DNA from: a bacterium
GTDB taxonomy: Bacteria > UBA10199 > 2-02-FULL-44-16 > JAAZCA01
Reading direction: 5' to 3'
Assembly (NCBI GenBank): GCA_963674695.2
Contig: CAXXGI010000002.1
Span: 256,001-320,000, forward strand
DNA: 64,000 nt
A program made the position numbers and the translations under genes. Below the pieces are notes generated by a model. It saw nothing but the letters and a program-made list of their open reading frames with translations, did not search any database and was not told where the DNA came from. Shown one piece after another: positions 39,439-49,644 of this stretch; position 1 is the stretch's first letter; every line of letters begins with the position of its first letter.

Positions 39439-39514
39439 TCGGGGTGAGAGGATTTGAACCTCCGACCTCACGGACCCGAACCGTGCGCTCTAGTCCAGGC
39501 TGAGCTACACCCCG
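39439..39514 (-). tRNA. tRNA-Pro (anticodon CGG), CCA not encoded
   Basis: CGGGGTGTAGCTCAGCCTGG...CACGG-TTCGGGT-CCGTG...GGTTCAAATCC...CACCCCGA folds as a cloverleaf. Confidence 0.95.
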
Positions 39515-39616
39515 GCGAAGGAAAGGATCGATCGATTTCCAAAAAAGCTGCGATCCTCTATGGGAATTGGCTTCTCCTGTCAATGGGGCTCTGCGCGAGG
39601 GCTGTGCTCCTGTCCA

Positions 39617-40615
39617 TCAGCCCAGGTGACGCAACTTAAAGAAATGACGCATCTTTTCGAGGAGATGGTCGAAATCGACCGGCTTCGGGATATAGTCGTC
39701 CGCACCGGAGGAGAAGCCGACATTGCGGTCCTCCTCCTGATTGCGTGCGGTGAGCATGAAGATCGGGACATCCTTGAACTTGTCGTCGAATTTGAGCAGC
39801 CGGCAGACCATGAAGCCGTCGAGCTCCGGCATCATGACGTCGAGCAGGATCATGTCGGGGATCTCGCGCTTGGCGGTTTCCAGGCCGTCGCGCCCGTTGT
39901 TGGCAACCATCACCTCGTAGCCTTCGAACTCCAGGCGATCTTTAAGGCCGGAGGCGAAGTCGACTTCATCGTCGACGACGAGCACGCGCGGTTTTCGAGC
40001 AGGCGCATCCTTGAGCGAGCCATCGTCGATGGGAGGGACCTCTTGCGCTTTCGTCTCCAGTGCGGCCTCCGCCGTGGGCGGGGCTTCATCGGGCGGCAGC
40101 GCAGGCGCAGGCGCCTCGGGTTGCGGCGGCGGCGATGCGGGGGCGGGCGCTTGCGGTGTCGGTGCGGATGGAGTCGGTGTCGTTTGCGGCTGTGGTTTTG
40201 CCGCGCCGACCAGCGTGGCCGGCGGCACTTGCCGTTCGTGGGCTTTGATGTCTTCCATCTGGAAGGTCACCTGCACCATGTTGACCAGTTCCTGGGGATC
40301 GAACGGCTTGATGAGCATGCCGGCGATTCCCTCGCTCTTGAAGGCGTTGGTGAAGTCGTCGTGCCCGGTGCAGATGATGACCGAAATCTGTCCGCCCGGA
40401 TGGCGCTGATGAATCATCTTGAGAAAGGCATACCCGTTGAGCTTGGGCATCATGATGTCCAGGATCACGAGATCCGGGCGCTCGCTCTCGACGAGATCGA
40501 GCCCCTCGTCGCCATCGCTGGCGGTGACCACCTCATATTTTTCGAAGAGGAGTCGATCGCGAATGGTGGCGACATATCCAGGATCGTCGTCGATGATGAG
40601 TATCTTTCGAAACAT
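39617..40615 (-). CDS. Response regulator with two receiver domains and no output domain
   Basis: IIDDD...LDIMMP...KP, Pro/Ala linker, then VVDDE...LDVMMP...KP. Confidence 0.9.
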   Translation of the reverse strand: MFRKILIIDDDPGYVATIRDRLLFEKYEVVTASDGDEGLDLVESERPDLVILDIMMPKLNGYAFLKMIHQRHPGGQISVIICTGHDDFTNAFKSEGIAGMLIKPFDPQELVNMVQVTFQMEDIKAHERQVPPATLVGAAKPQPQTTPTPSAPTPQAPAPASPPPQPEAPAPALPPDEAPPTAEAALETKAQEVPPIDDGSLKDAPARKPRVLVVDDEVDFASGLKDRLEFEGYEVMVANNGRDGLETAKREIPDMILLDVMMPELDGFMVCRLLKFDDKFKDVPIFMLTARNQEEDRNVGFSSGADDYIPKPVDFDHLLEKMRHFFKLRHLG

Positions 40616-40624
40616 AGAATCAGA

Positions 40625-41887
40625 TTATCCCTCTGGAATGGAGACCTCGAGCAGTTGCTCGTAGGTGCTCACTTCATCGGGAAAACCGATGACGCGTCCC
40701 TTTACGGCTGCATTCCAGTCCTTGCCGTCGATCGTGAATCCTTCCTCCGTGGCCACGGCCGCAATGCGTGTGAGAACCGCCTTTCCATCGTCGACGGTGG
40801 TCTGCGGCAGGATGACGGCGAAGCGCTCGTCGCCGAGCCACATGGAGGTATCGTTCATCCGGCGCATCATCCGTTGCAGAAGTGCCTCGATCTGCCCGGC
40901 GGTGTCGTTTTCTTTGAGCAGCTTCCGATCGACCTGAAAGATCAGCAGGGCCACCGGGTAATGATGAATCGTCGCTGCATGCACGCGATCGGCCAGCGCT
41001 TCGCGAAAGACGCGCTCCCGGTCGAGCAGGGGGAGCGTGAAGGCGAAGGTGGAACCGTTTCCCTTTTCGGACGTGACCCAGATCTTCCCATCATGGACTT
41101 CCACGAGCTGTTTGCTGATCGCCAGCCCCAGCCCGAGGCCGGTGCCGGGCGTGAGTATTTCGGAGGAGGCCTGTTCATAGCGATTGAAGATGACGGCGAG
41201 GCGCTCCGGGTCGATGCCGGAGCCGGTGTCCTGTACCTGCAGGGCGAAACAGGCGTCCGGGGGAGGTGTGTCTGTGCCCAGTCCTTCGAGAGGGGCATTG
41301 TCTTTGTCGAGGAGGAGTCCTCGGACGATGATGCGACCGCCCTGCGGGGTAAATTTGAGCGCGTTGCCCAGGAGGTTGACCAGGATCTGGCCGAAGCGAT
41401 TTTCATCCATGAAGACCATGGTTCGCGGGGCCGTCCATTCGAGCGCTAGCTCGATGCCCTGATCGGAGGCAGTGCTCTTGTAGGATTCGACGATCCCGGC
41501 TGTTACGGTGAAGGGGTCGATCAGCGACCGATAGAGGACCAGGCGCCCTGATTCTAGTTTCGATATGTCGAGGAGGTCGTTGATCGTGTTGTTAAAGCGT
41601 TTGAGGTTGTCATCGGCGATGACCAACGACTGGCGCATCTTGTCCGGCAGCGTTCCCGACACGCCCGCGAGCGCGTTGGAGATGACGTTCTTGATGGCCG
41701 CACCCGCGCTGCGCAGTTCATGACCCACGATGCTGATGAAATCGTCCTTGAGCTGTTCGCGACGGAGGAGCTCGTTGTTTTCCTGCTCGAGGGCGTGAAT
41801 ACGCTCGCGCGCCTCCTTGAGGCTCTTGACGGGGGCCTCAGGAGTGGTCTCCGTGATTCCGGATTGTCCAGTGCGAAAGAATTTCAT
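40625..41887 (-). CDS. Cytoplasmic histidine kinase with degenerate GGDEF-like C-terminus
   Basis: HELR H-box, NLLGNALKF, DTGSGI and GLGLGLAI motifs. Confidence 0.88.
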   Translation of the reverse strand: MKFFRTGQSGITETTPEAPVKSLKEARERIHALEQENNELLRREQLKDDFISIVGHELRSAGAAIKNVISNALAGVSGTLPDKMRQSLVIADDNLKRFNNTINDLLDISKLESGRLVLYRSLIDPFTVTAGIVESYKSTASDQGIELALEWTAPRTMVFMDENRFGQILVNLLGNALKFTPQGGRIIVRGLLLDKDNAPLEGLGTDTPPPDACFALQVQDTGSGIDPERLAVIFNRYEQASSEILTPGTGLGLGLAISKQLVEVHDGKIWVTSEKGNGSTFAFTLPLLDRERVFREALADRVHAATIHHYPVALLIFQVDRKLLKENDTAGQIEALLQRMMRRMNDTSMWLGDERFAVILPQTTVDDGKAVLTRIAAVATEEGFTIDGKDWNAAVKGRVIGFPDEVSTYEQLLEVSIPEG

Positions 41888-41909
41888 GTGGCTCCTGCCC
41901 CTGCAGTGA

Positions 41910-42332
<423 letters not shown>

Positions 42333-42482
42333 AAAAGGGCGAAAGCACCTTGACAACACCCCCATTTTTCTTTAGTACGCCGCTTTCTTTTCCAAGAAAA
42401 GTTATCCGTTTTTTGAACATCACCTCAGTAAAGTACATTTTTTAAACAGAATTCCTTTTTTCTCGTATGTGAGGAGGTCGGT

Positions 42483-42980
42483 ATGAGTGCCCATCGTGCC
42501 TTGGATACCATCGATCACATTCTCTTGGATCGCCTGCAGGAGTTGGGGCGTATCAAGCGCAACGAGCTGGCGGAGCTTACGGGGTTGTCGGTTCCCGCTG
42601 TGAGCGAGCGCATGCGCAAGCTCGAGGAGGGCGGGTTCATCTCCGGCTATCACGCCCACGTCGCGCCTCGGACCATCGGGTATGATGTCTGTGCCTTCGT
42701 CAGTGTCACCATCGATGCGGCCCGTCACTATGCCTCATTTCTGAATCATGTGCATGCCACCGAGGAGATCCTCGAGTGTCACGCCATCACGGGCGAGGGG
42801 ACGCACCTGATCAAGGTGCGCGTGAAGAACACCGATGCGCTCGAGGGCTTGCTCATGAACATGCATTCCTGGCCCGGCATCGTGCGCACGGTGACCACCT
42901 TTGTGCTCAGCACGCACAAGGAATCGCTGCGCGTCCCCGTTCCGCACGAGACGAAGAAGAAGTCGACGATCACCCGTTAA
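42483..42980 (+). CDS. Lrp/AsnC family transcriptional regulator
   Basis: LDTIDHILL...[22 protein letters not shown]; ECHAITGE. Confidence 0.92.
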   Translation: MSAHRALDTIDHILLDRLQELGRIKRNELAELTGLSVPAVSERMRKLEEGGFISGYHAHVAPRTIGYDVCAFVSVTIDAARHYASFLNHVHATEEILECHAITGEGTHLIKVRVKNTDALEGLLMNMHSWPGIVRTVTTFVLSTHKESLRVPVPHETKKKSTITR

Positions 42981-43006
42981 CCCCCTACCCAGAGGAGAAA
43001 CAACAT

Positions 43007-44419
43007 ATGTCCATCGCAAAGGCCCTATCGCTCGCGGAAAAACAAAAGGCGCGGATGGTCGACTTCAAGTTCGTCGATTTCCCGGGCGTCTGGCAGCATT
43101 TCTCCGTTCCGCTGACCGAGCTCGATGAAGAGGCGTTCGAAGCAGGGTTCGGCTTCGACGGCTCCTCCATCCGTGGGTGGCAGCCGATCCACGCCTCCGA
43201 CATGCTGATCATTCCCGATGCCACCACCGCGGTGATCGATCCGTTCATGAAGGAGACGACGCTTTCGCTCATCTGTAATATCGTCGATCCGATCACGAAG
43301 GAATCCTATTCGCGCGATCCGCGTCACATCGCCCAGAAGGCCGAGGCGTATGTGCGTTCATCGGGGCTGGCCGATACGGCCTTCTTTGGCGCCGAGGCCG
43401 AATTTTTCATCTTCGATCACATCGCCTTCGATCAGACGGTCAACGAGGGGTTCTATCGAATCGATTCGGACGAGGGGCGTTGGAACAGCGGGTACGAGGG
43501 CGAGCGCAACCTGGGGTATAAGCCGCGCTACAAGGAGGGCTACTTCCCCGTCGCGCCCACCGACAGCCAGCAAGATCTGCGCACCGAGATGGTCCTCGAG
43601 ATGGAGAAGGTTGGCATTCATGTCGAGTGTCAGCATCACGAAGTGGCCACGGCCGGACAGGCTGAGATCGACATGCGCTTTGCGCCGCTGTTGGAGAGCG
43701 GTGACAAGCTGCTCTGGTTTAAATATATCGTGAAGAACGTCGCGCATCGGCACGGAAAGACCGTGACCTTCATGCCCAAGCCTCTCTTCGACGACAACGG
43801 CAGCGGCATGCACACGCACGTTTCGCTCTGGAAGGACGGAAAACCGCTGTTCGCCGGCGATCGTTACGGCGGTCTCTCCGAGATGGCGCTCCACTTTATC
43901 GGCGGCATCCTCAAACACGCGGGGGCGCTGTGTGCCTTCACCAACCCGACGACCAATTCCTATCGTCGACTCGTCCCGGGTTTTGAAGCGCCGATCAACC
44001 TGGCCTATTCCAGCAGCAACCGTTCGGCGGCGGTGCGCATCCCGATGTACTCGGCCAGTCCCAAGGCCAAGCGCATCGAGTTCCGCACGCCCGATCCCTC
44101 GTGCAACGGCTACATGGCCTTCGCCGCCATCCTCATGGCTGGGTTCGACGGCATCCAGAATCGCATCGATCCGGGTGCGGCGATGGACAAGAACATCTAC
44201 AAGCTTTCTCCCGAGGAGATGCGCGACATGCGCCAGGTACCGGCGTCGCTGGCCGATGCCCTTGAGGCGCTGCGCGAAGACCATGAGTTTCTTCTGCGCG
44301 GCGATGTCTTCACGCAGGACGTCGTCGACACCTGGCTCGATTACAAGATGGAGCATGAGGTCGCGCCCATGCGCCTGCGTCCGGTGCCGTACGAGTTTAG
44401 TTTGTACTATGACATCTAG
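43007..44419 (+). CDS. glnA: Glutamine synthetase type I
   Basis: FDGSSI, HHEVA, FMPKP, NGSGMH, PGFEAP, RIEFR and DKNIY motifs. Confidence 0.97.
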   Translation: MSIAKALSLAEKQKARMVDFKFVDFPGVWQHFSVPLTELDEEAFEAGFGFDGSSIRGWQPIHASDMLIIPDATTAVIDPFMKETTLSLICNIVDPITKESYSRDPRHIAQKAEAYVRSSGLADTAFFGAEAEFFIFDHIAFDQTVNEGFYRIDSDEGRWNSGYEGERNLGYKPRYKEGYFPVAPTDSQQDLRTEMVLEMEKVGIHVECQHHEVATAGQAEIDMRFAPLLESGDKLLWFKYIVKNVAHRHGKTVTFMPKPLFDDNGSGMHTHVSLWKDGKPLFAGDRYGGLSEMALHFIGGILKHAGALCAFTNPTTNSYRRLVPGFEAPINLAYSSSNRSAAVRIPMYSASPKAKRIEFRTPDPSCNGYMAFAAILMAGFDGIQNRIDPGAAMDKNIYKLSPEEMRDMRQVPASLADALEALREDHEFLLRGDVFTQDVVDTWLDYKMEHEVAPMRLRPVPYEFSLYYDI

Positions 44420-44462
44420 TGGGATGGCTGAATCGTGAGATGGCGAGATCGCTTACGATCAA

Positions 44463-44524
44463 AAAAGGCCCGGTCTGAATGCCGTGAGCAGGGGGAGATT
44501 GCCATGGCACCAGACCGGGCTTTT
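44463..44524. terminator. Probable bidirectional terminator hairpin
   Basis: AAAAGGCCCGGTCTG...CAGACCGGGCTTTT between convergent genes. Confidence 0.65.
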
Positions 44525-44544
44525 GTATGCGGCAGTTATAATCG

Positions 44545-46698
44545 CTATGCCGCGCGTTTGCGTCGTCGTGATGCGATCGCGATCGGTGTGAGCGCCAGTC
44601 CGATCAGCATCCACTCCAATCCATTCCCGAAGGGGGCTGCCGGGCTGAGCGTGCAGCCCGCTTTCTTCGCACCCCCCGCGCTATCCGGCGGGGCCAGTCC
44701 CTCGTTGGCATCGAAACTTCCGGATGCCGCGTTTTGCAGCGCCAACTCCATCGCGGCCAGGGCGTCGAGTTTGCCCGCGCCCCAGCGATCGGCGGAACCG
44801 CCGGAGACCTTCTCATCGACATAGGCGGTCTCCAGCAAAAATCGCTTCACATCCGTGTGCGTGTAGTTCGGATCGGCCGAGAACATCAGGGCGATCGTCC
44901 CCGTGACAAACGGCGCGGCCATGCTCGTTCCCGCCATCAGGAAGTGGGCGCCGTCGCTCATCATGAGCAGACTATTCGGTGTGGTCAGTCCGGACAGCGT
45001 CGAGGCGATCATGCCGCCGGGGGCCGCAATATCGGGTTTGGAGCCGGTCGCCGCTGGGTCGGCGCTGGGTCCTGCGCTTGAAAACGAGAGCAGGTCATCG
45101 AGCTGATGCGAGACACGGCAGCAGCCGGGGCCGCCCTCCCATTGGGTGCGCGAGGCATATCCGGCAACCGCGATGATGTCGCGTGCGGTAGCGGGCACGG
45201 CGACACTCGATTGGCGATCGCCCGGCAGATAGGTCCACGTCGCCCCGTCGCTTCCCGCATGTGTTCCCGCGGTGCTCGTGAACTGTACGGTCGCGGCCGG
45301 TTTGTCCGGGAAGAGCCAGGCGTCGAAGTGTCCCTGTCCTTTCACGACCAGATCGAAGCTGTAGTTCGAGACATTCTGAAAACTGCTGTCCAGAATGATG
45401 CGCACGCCGATGTGCGGCTTTCCGTTTAAAGCCGATGCCGTCTCTCTCGCGTTGATCACGTAGCGGATCTTTCCGTCCAGGAGCGAGCCGGAACGGCGAT
45501 CGCCTGGGGCGATCAGATCGGTGAATCCGACCACGGGGGCGTCATCATCGAGGGAGCCGCTACGCACGGCCAGCCCTGCGCTCAGGTCGCTGCCGCTCGT
45601 CCCCCAAAAATCGATGTAGTAGATTCGGTCGCTGGTGATCTCTCGGATCTCAAAGTTGGTGGCACTCGTCCCATCGATGTCGCCACCGGCGTGGATGCCG
45701 GTGTAGGTGGTGTCGGTCGTGTGTTCATTGCCCGCCGCCGCGACGATGGCGCGTCCGGCCGAACCCTGAATGAGTCCCGAGAGACACTCCTCGAAGAGTG
45801 AGGTGCCGTCATGCGGTCCGATGTGCGTGCCCAGACTTAAGTTGATGACCGCGGGGAGTCCCAGCTCATCGGCCTTGGTAAAGATGTAGTAGGCGGCCTG
45901 ACAGATCTTCGTTGAGAAGATCGGATTGGCATATCCCGAATCGAGTTCGAGGCTCGAGTCGTAGCTCACCACGATGATGTTGGCGTCCGGCGCGACGCCG
46001 CGATAGGCCTCGTTGCGCGACGCGGCGATGCCGGAGACGTGCGTGCCGTGACCATCGCTATCGAAGAGCGGGCAGATGCCATCGGTGATCGAGGCTGAGT
46101 CGCATTCGGTGCCGAAGCTGAATTCGAGTTCCTCCGGCGTGGGACCGCCGCCGCGATTCTGATCCCAGATCGAGAGGATGCGATTGTTTCCATCGGCATC
46201 GCGAAAATCCGGATGCGTATAATCGATACCGGTGTCGATGACGCCGACGACGACATTCTTTCCCGTGAAGGCGACGGGCAACCCTGCCGTGCCCGCATGA
46301 ATCTCGGTGACGCCAATTTCAGTGCCGGCGACATCGCTCTTGCGCTGCAAGGGCTTGTCCGCTTCGACGAATTGCACCGCGTCCATTTCGGCCAGCCCTG
46401 CGATCATCGATGTGGGAATCGTTGCCGTGAGGATCTGGCCCACGATCATGTGGACCTGCCCGCCCATCTCGACGATCGCGGTGCGCGTCTCATCAGGGCG
46501 GACGGACTTAATGAAGAGGCTCTGGGCGATATCGATGGCGGCGGTGTCGGCGATGGCGTTCGCGCCGATTCCCATCGCCTTGATCGGTGCCCCTGTTTCC
46601 GTCAGATCGAAGAAGGCGTCGAGTTTGTCCGATGCCCCGGCGGTCGACGCCAGGGAGATGAGACAAATAGCTGAAATTGTTGAAATAGTAGATTTCAC
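44545..46698 (-). CDS. Secreted S8 subtilisin-like protease with MYXO-CTERM-like sorting tail
   Basis: DTG, HGTHV and GTSMAAP triad; C-terminal GCT...TM...RRRKR; GTG start after GAGGGG. Confidence 0.92.
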   Translation of the reverse strand: MKSTISTISAICLISLASTAGASDKLDAFFDLTETGAPIKAMGIGANAIADTAAIDIAQSLFIKSVRPDETRTAIVEMGGQVHMIVGQILTATIPTSMIAGLAEMDAVQFVEADKPLQRKSDVAGTEIGVTEIHAGTAGLPVAFTGKNVVVGVIDTGIDYTHPDFRDADGNNRILSIWDQNRGGGPTPEELEFSFGTECDSASITDGICPLFDSDGHGTHVSGIAASRNEAYRGVAPDANIIVVSYDSSLELDSGYANPIFSTKICQAAYYIFTKADELGLPAVINLSLGTHIGPHDGTSLFEECLSGLIQGSAGRAIVAAAGNEHTTDTTYTGIHAGGDIDGTSATNFEIREITSDRIYYIDFWGTSGSDLSAGLAVRSGSLDDDAPVVGFTDLIAPGDRRSGSLLDGKIRYVINARETASALNGKPHIGVRIILDSSFQNVSNYSFDLVVKGQGHFDAWLFPDKPAATVQFTSTAGTHAGSDGATWTYLPGDRQSSVAVPATARDIIAVAGYASRTQWEGGPGCCRVSHQLDDLLSFSSAGPSADPAATGSKPDIAAPGGMIASTLSGLTTPNSLLMMSDGAHFLMAGTSMAAPFVTGTIALMFSADPNYTHTDVKRFLLETAYVDEKVSGGSADRWGAGKLDALAAMELALQNAASGSFDANEGLAPPDSAGGAKKAGCTLSPAAPFGNGLEWMLIGLALTPIAIASRRRKRAA

Positions 46699-46721
46699 CG
46701 AGTCCCCTCTGCTCACTACAG

Positions 46722-46749
46722 GTATCGGCAGATTTCGGAAATAGTTGCC
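46722..46749 (-). promoter_or_regulatory. Putative sigma28-like promoter
   Basis: GGCAAC-N14-GCCGATAC on the minus strand upstream of the S8 protease. Confidence 0.55.
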
Positions 46750-46862
46750 CGATAATTCTGCTCTCGGAAATAAAAATATTTTTTTCGCATTCGGCCCAAA
46801 AAAGCGCGCAACTTTTTTATATCGCCGAGACAAAATGACGTCGAAATGTCAGCGAACGGGAC

Positions 46863-46895
46863 AAAAAAACGGGGCGAGAAATCCTCGCCCCGTTT
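46863..46895 (-). terminator. Rho-independent terminator for the MFS gene
   Basis: AAACGGGGCGAG...CTCGCCCCGTTT hairpin with a T tract on the minus strand. Confidence 0.75.
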
Positions 46896-46910
46896 CAGAT
46901 TGCTGAAGTT

Positions 46911-47008
46911 TGTCATTCCCGCGAAAGCGGGAATCTCGCTTTTTACGGTACATCGAGATCCCCGCTGGAGCCTGCCTTCGAATGATTGAATCGGAGGCGG
47001 GGATGACA
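46911..47008. repeat. REP-like doublet
   Basis: TGTCATTCCCGCGAAAGCGGGAATC...GCGGGGATGACA. Confidence 0.85.
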
Positions 47009-47017
47009 AAAACACCC

Positions 47018-48301
47018 CTACGACGCTTGCGTCTGCATGTGGTCCGCGTTTGCAGGCGCTTTCGCATGGTGCGGTGGCCGAATCACGGCGATGATGCCGG
47101 CGGCAACGAGACAAGCTGCGCCGCAGATCGTAAAGGCAAGCGGGAAGTTGCCCATGTCGCCAAGTTTTCCCCCGAGCATCGGCCCCACGATTCCGCCGAT
47201 GCCGTAGGCAAGAAAGACCCAGCCGTAGTTCTGACCGATGTTCTTCGCGCCAAAGGTCCCGGCCGTGATGACGGGAAAGAGCGCGAAGTTGCCGCCGAAG
47301 TTGAAGCCGATGAGCGCAGCAAAGAGATAGAGCGTTGCGGTGGAGCCGGCCATCCACTGGAAGAGGATGACGAAGATGCCCTGCGTCGCCATCATGATGG
47401 CGATGGATTTCTTTGCCCCGAGCCAGTCGGAAATCGTACCCCACGCGACCCGACCGATGCCATTGGACAGCGAGAAGAAGACGGCCATGGCCGTACCGGC
47501 GACTGCACTCGCGGTCATCTCATTCATGCCGTGCGCCACGAGCGCTTGCATCGGGAAGAGCTTCATGAGTCCGATGCTCATCAGTCCTGCGCTTGCGCCA
47601 AAAGCGAAGGTCAGCAGGATCATATAGAACTGCGGCGTGGCGAGCATTTCGCCGGACGTGAAATCCTCCTTGGCGCCCGCGGTTTTTCCTGCGGCCGAAA
47701 CGGGCGGCTGCCAACCGGCGGGTTTCCATCCCTCGCGTGGGAAGACCATCCAGATGCCGCCAACGATGACGGCGATGCCGAAAATGATGCCGTAGATGAA
47801 AAAGGTTGTTTGGAGGCCGAAATCCGCGATGAGATGTCCCCAGGCGCCCGCGAGTTTGACCCAGAGCATGGCTCCAAAGCCAAAACCGGCGACGGCAAGC
47901 CCGGTGATAAGACCCTTGTGGTCTGGATACCAACGCATACCAACGGCGATGGGGACGACATAGGCGAGTCCGATACCGGAACCGCCGATAACACCGATGC
48001 ACAGGAGAATCGGCCAGAAACTCGTTCCGCCGAAGAGGCCGGCCAGGATGTAGCCAGCGCCGAGCACGATGCCGCCGAGCATCGTGAGTTTTCGGGGGCC
48101 AATCTTTGGCATAAGTCGTCCGGCGATCACCATGACGATGGCAAAGAAGGCAAGTCCTGCGGCGAAGACAGCCTGTGTCTCGGCCTTCGTCCATCCTGCT
48201 TCCACGAGGGGCTTCGTAAAGACCGACCAGGCGTAGATGGCACCGAGGCAAAGCTGCACGAGCAGCGCTCCGATGACGACGATCCAGCGTTTCCGTTCCA
48301 T
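47018..48301 (-). CDS. OFA (oxalate/formate antiporter) family MFS transporter
   Basis: LGAIYAWSVF, WYPDHKG...GFGFG and NGIGRVAWG..SD motifs. Confidence 0.9.
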   Translation of the reverse strand: MERKRWIVVIGALLVQLCLGAIYAWSVFTKPLVEAGWTKAETQAVFAAGLAFFAIVMVIAGRLMPKIGPRKLTMLGGIVLGAGYILAGLFGGTSFWPILLCIGVIGGSGIGLAYVVPIAVGMRWYPDHKGLITGLAVAGFGFGAMLWVKLAGAWGHLIADFGLQTTFFIYGIIFGIAVIVGGIWMVFPREGWKPAGWQPPVSAAGKTAGAKEDFTSGEMLATPQFYMILLTFAFGASAGLMSIGLMKLFPMQALVAHGMNEMTASAVAGTAMAVFFSLSNGIGRVAWGTISDWLGAKKSIAIMMATQGIFVILFQWMAGSTATLYLFAALIGFNFGGNFALFPVITAGTFGAKNIGQNYGWVFLAYGIGGIVGPMLGGKLGDMGNFPLAFTICGAACLVAAGIIAVIRPPHHAKAPANADHMQTQAS

Positions 48302-48513
48302 GAGAATCCTCCTTGAAGTGGTGCAGTTAGGTGGCGCGTGTGTAGCCCCAGAGACCTGCGCTGTCAAGTTGTGCAGATGCAGGCGCAATTACGCAAAGCG
48401 TGTGTTTCTGCGGCCGCCCGGGTTGTGGCCGCCCCCTTTTTCGTTGCACCGCTCGCTTCATCAATGCTACATCATGGTCATCTGAAGGCATTCACCTGAT
48501 AAAGGGGGGGTTC

Positions 48514-49548
48514 ATGAAGCGGACGACGATTTTTGCCATCAGCCTTATGCTCGTGGCGGCACTCGCTGGTTGTAACAAATTCACATCATCAGCATCATCG
48601 ACGCCGGCCCTGCCGGCAAGCGCTGGCGCGCCCGACGCAGTGGCGGCGACCGTCGGTGAGATCACCATCACCAACGCCGATCTCGACGAGGCGGCCAAAA
48701 CGCAGCTCCAGCGCGTGCAGACCGAGATCTTTAAGATCCGCAAAGGTACGCTCAACGGCTTGGTCGAGGAGAAGCTCATCGAATTCGCGGCCAAGAAGAA
48801 GGGCCAGAGCCCGGAGGCGTTTGTCGCCGCCGAGGTGAGCGTCCAGGAGCCCTCCGATCAGGAGGTGCAGGCCCTCTATGATGCGCGCAAGGGGCGCATC
48901 AATAAACCGTTCGCCGAGGTCAAGGGGCAGCTCAAGGAATACCTCATGCGCAACCGCGAGGCGCGCGCGCGCGCCGATCTGATTGCGCGGTTGAAGAAGG
49001 AGACCCCGGTTTCCATCAAGCTCGAGGCGCCGCGGGTGAAGATCGACACGGCGGGAGCGCCCGGCACGGGAACCGAGAACGCCAAGATCCAGCTCGTGGA
49101 ATTCTCCGATTATCAGTGCCCGTTCTGTAAGCGCGTGCGCCAGACGATCTGGGATCTGATGGATCAGTACAAGGGCAACATCGAATACATCTTCATGGAT
49201 TTCCCGCTCTCCTTTCACAAGGAGGCCAAGAAGGCGCACGAGGCCGCGCGGTGTGCGGGCGATCAGGATAAATATTATGAATTCAACCGCAAGCTCTTCG
49301 AAAACCAGCGGGCGATCAGCGTGGCTGAACTCAAGAACTACGCCAAGGAACTCAAGCTCGACACGAAGAAGTTCGACGCCTGTCTCGATAGCGGTGAAAA
49401 GGCCAAGATCGTCGAGGATTTCACCGCGCGCGGGGCGAGCGCGGGCGTGTCGGGAACGCCGGCTTTTTTCATCAACGGCATCATGATCTCCGGGGCACAG
49501 CCCAAAGAGGCCTTCACGGTGATCATCGATGAAGAACTGAAGAAATAG
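48514..49548 (+). CDS. DsbA-family lipoprotein with SurA-like N-domain
   Basis: Lipobox LAGC; EFSDYQCPFC, DFPLSFH and GTPAFF motifs. Confidence 0.9.
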   Translation: MKRTTIFAISLMLVAALAGCNKFTSSASSTPALPASAGAPDAVAATVGEITITNADLDEAAKTQLQRVQTEIFKIRKGTLNGLVEEKLIEFAAKKKGQSPEAFVAAEVSVQEPSDQEVQALYDARKGRINKPFAEVKGQLKEYLMRNREARARADLIARLKKETPVSIKLEAPRVKIDTAGAPGTGTENAKIQLVEFSDYQCPFCKRVRQTIWDLMDQYKGNIEYIFMDFPLSFHKEAKKAHEAARCAGDQDKYYEFNRKLFENQRAISVAELKNYAKELKLDTKKFDACLDSGEKAKIVEDFTARGASAGVSGTPAFFINGIMISGAQPKEAFTVIIDEELKK

Positions 49549-49581
49549 CCAACGATGGCTTGTTGCGTACAATCATAACGG

Positions 49582-49614
49582 ACCCCGCCCCTCTCATGAT
49601 GGGCGGGGTTTGTT
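49582..49614 (+). terminator. Probable terminator
   Basis: ACCCCGCCC...GGGCGGGGT followed by TTGTT. Confidence 0.6.
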
Positions 49615-49644
49615 CTTCTCTCACATATTCAAGGAGCTGTGCTT

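Noticed and set aside
39439-39514. tRNA-Pro as an island integration site
   Set aside because: No duplicated tRNA 3' end or integrase is seen, and the flanks look like core genes.
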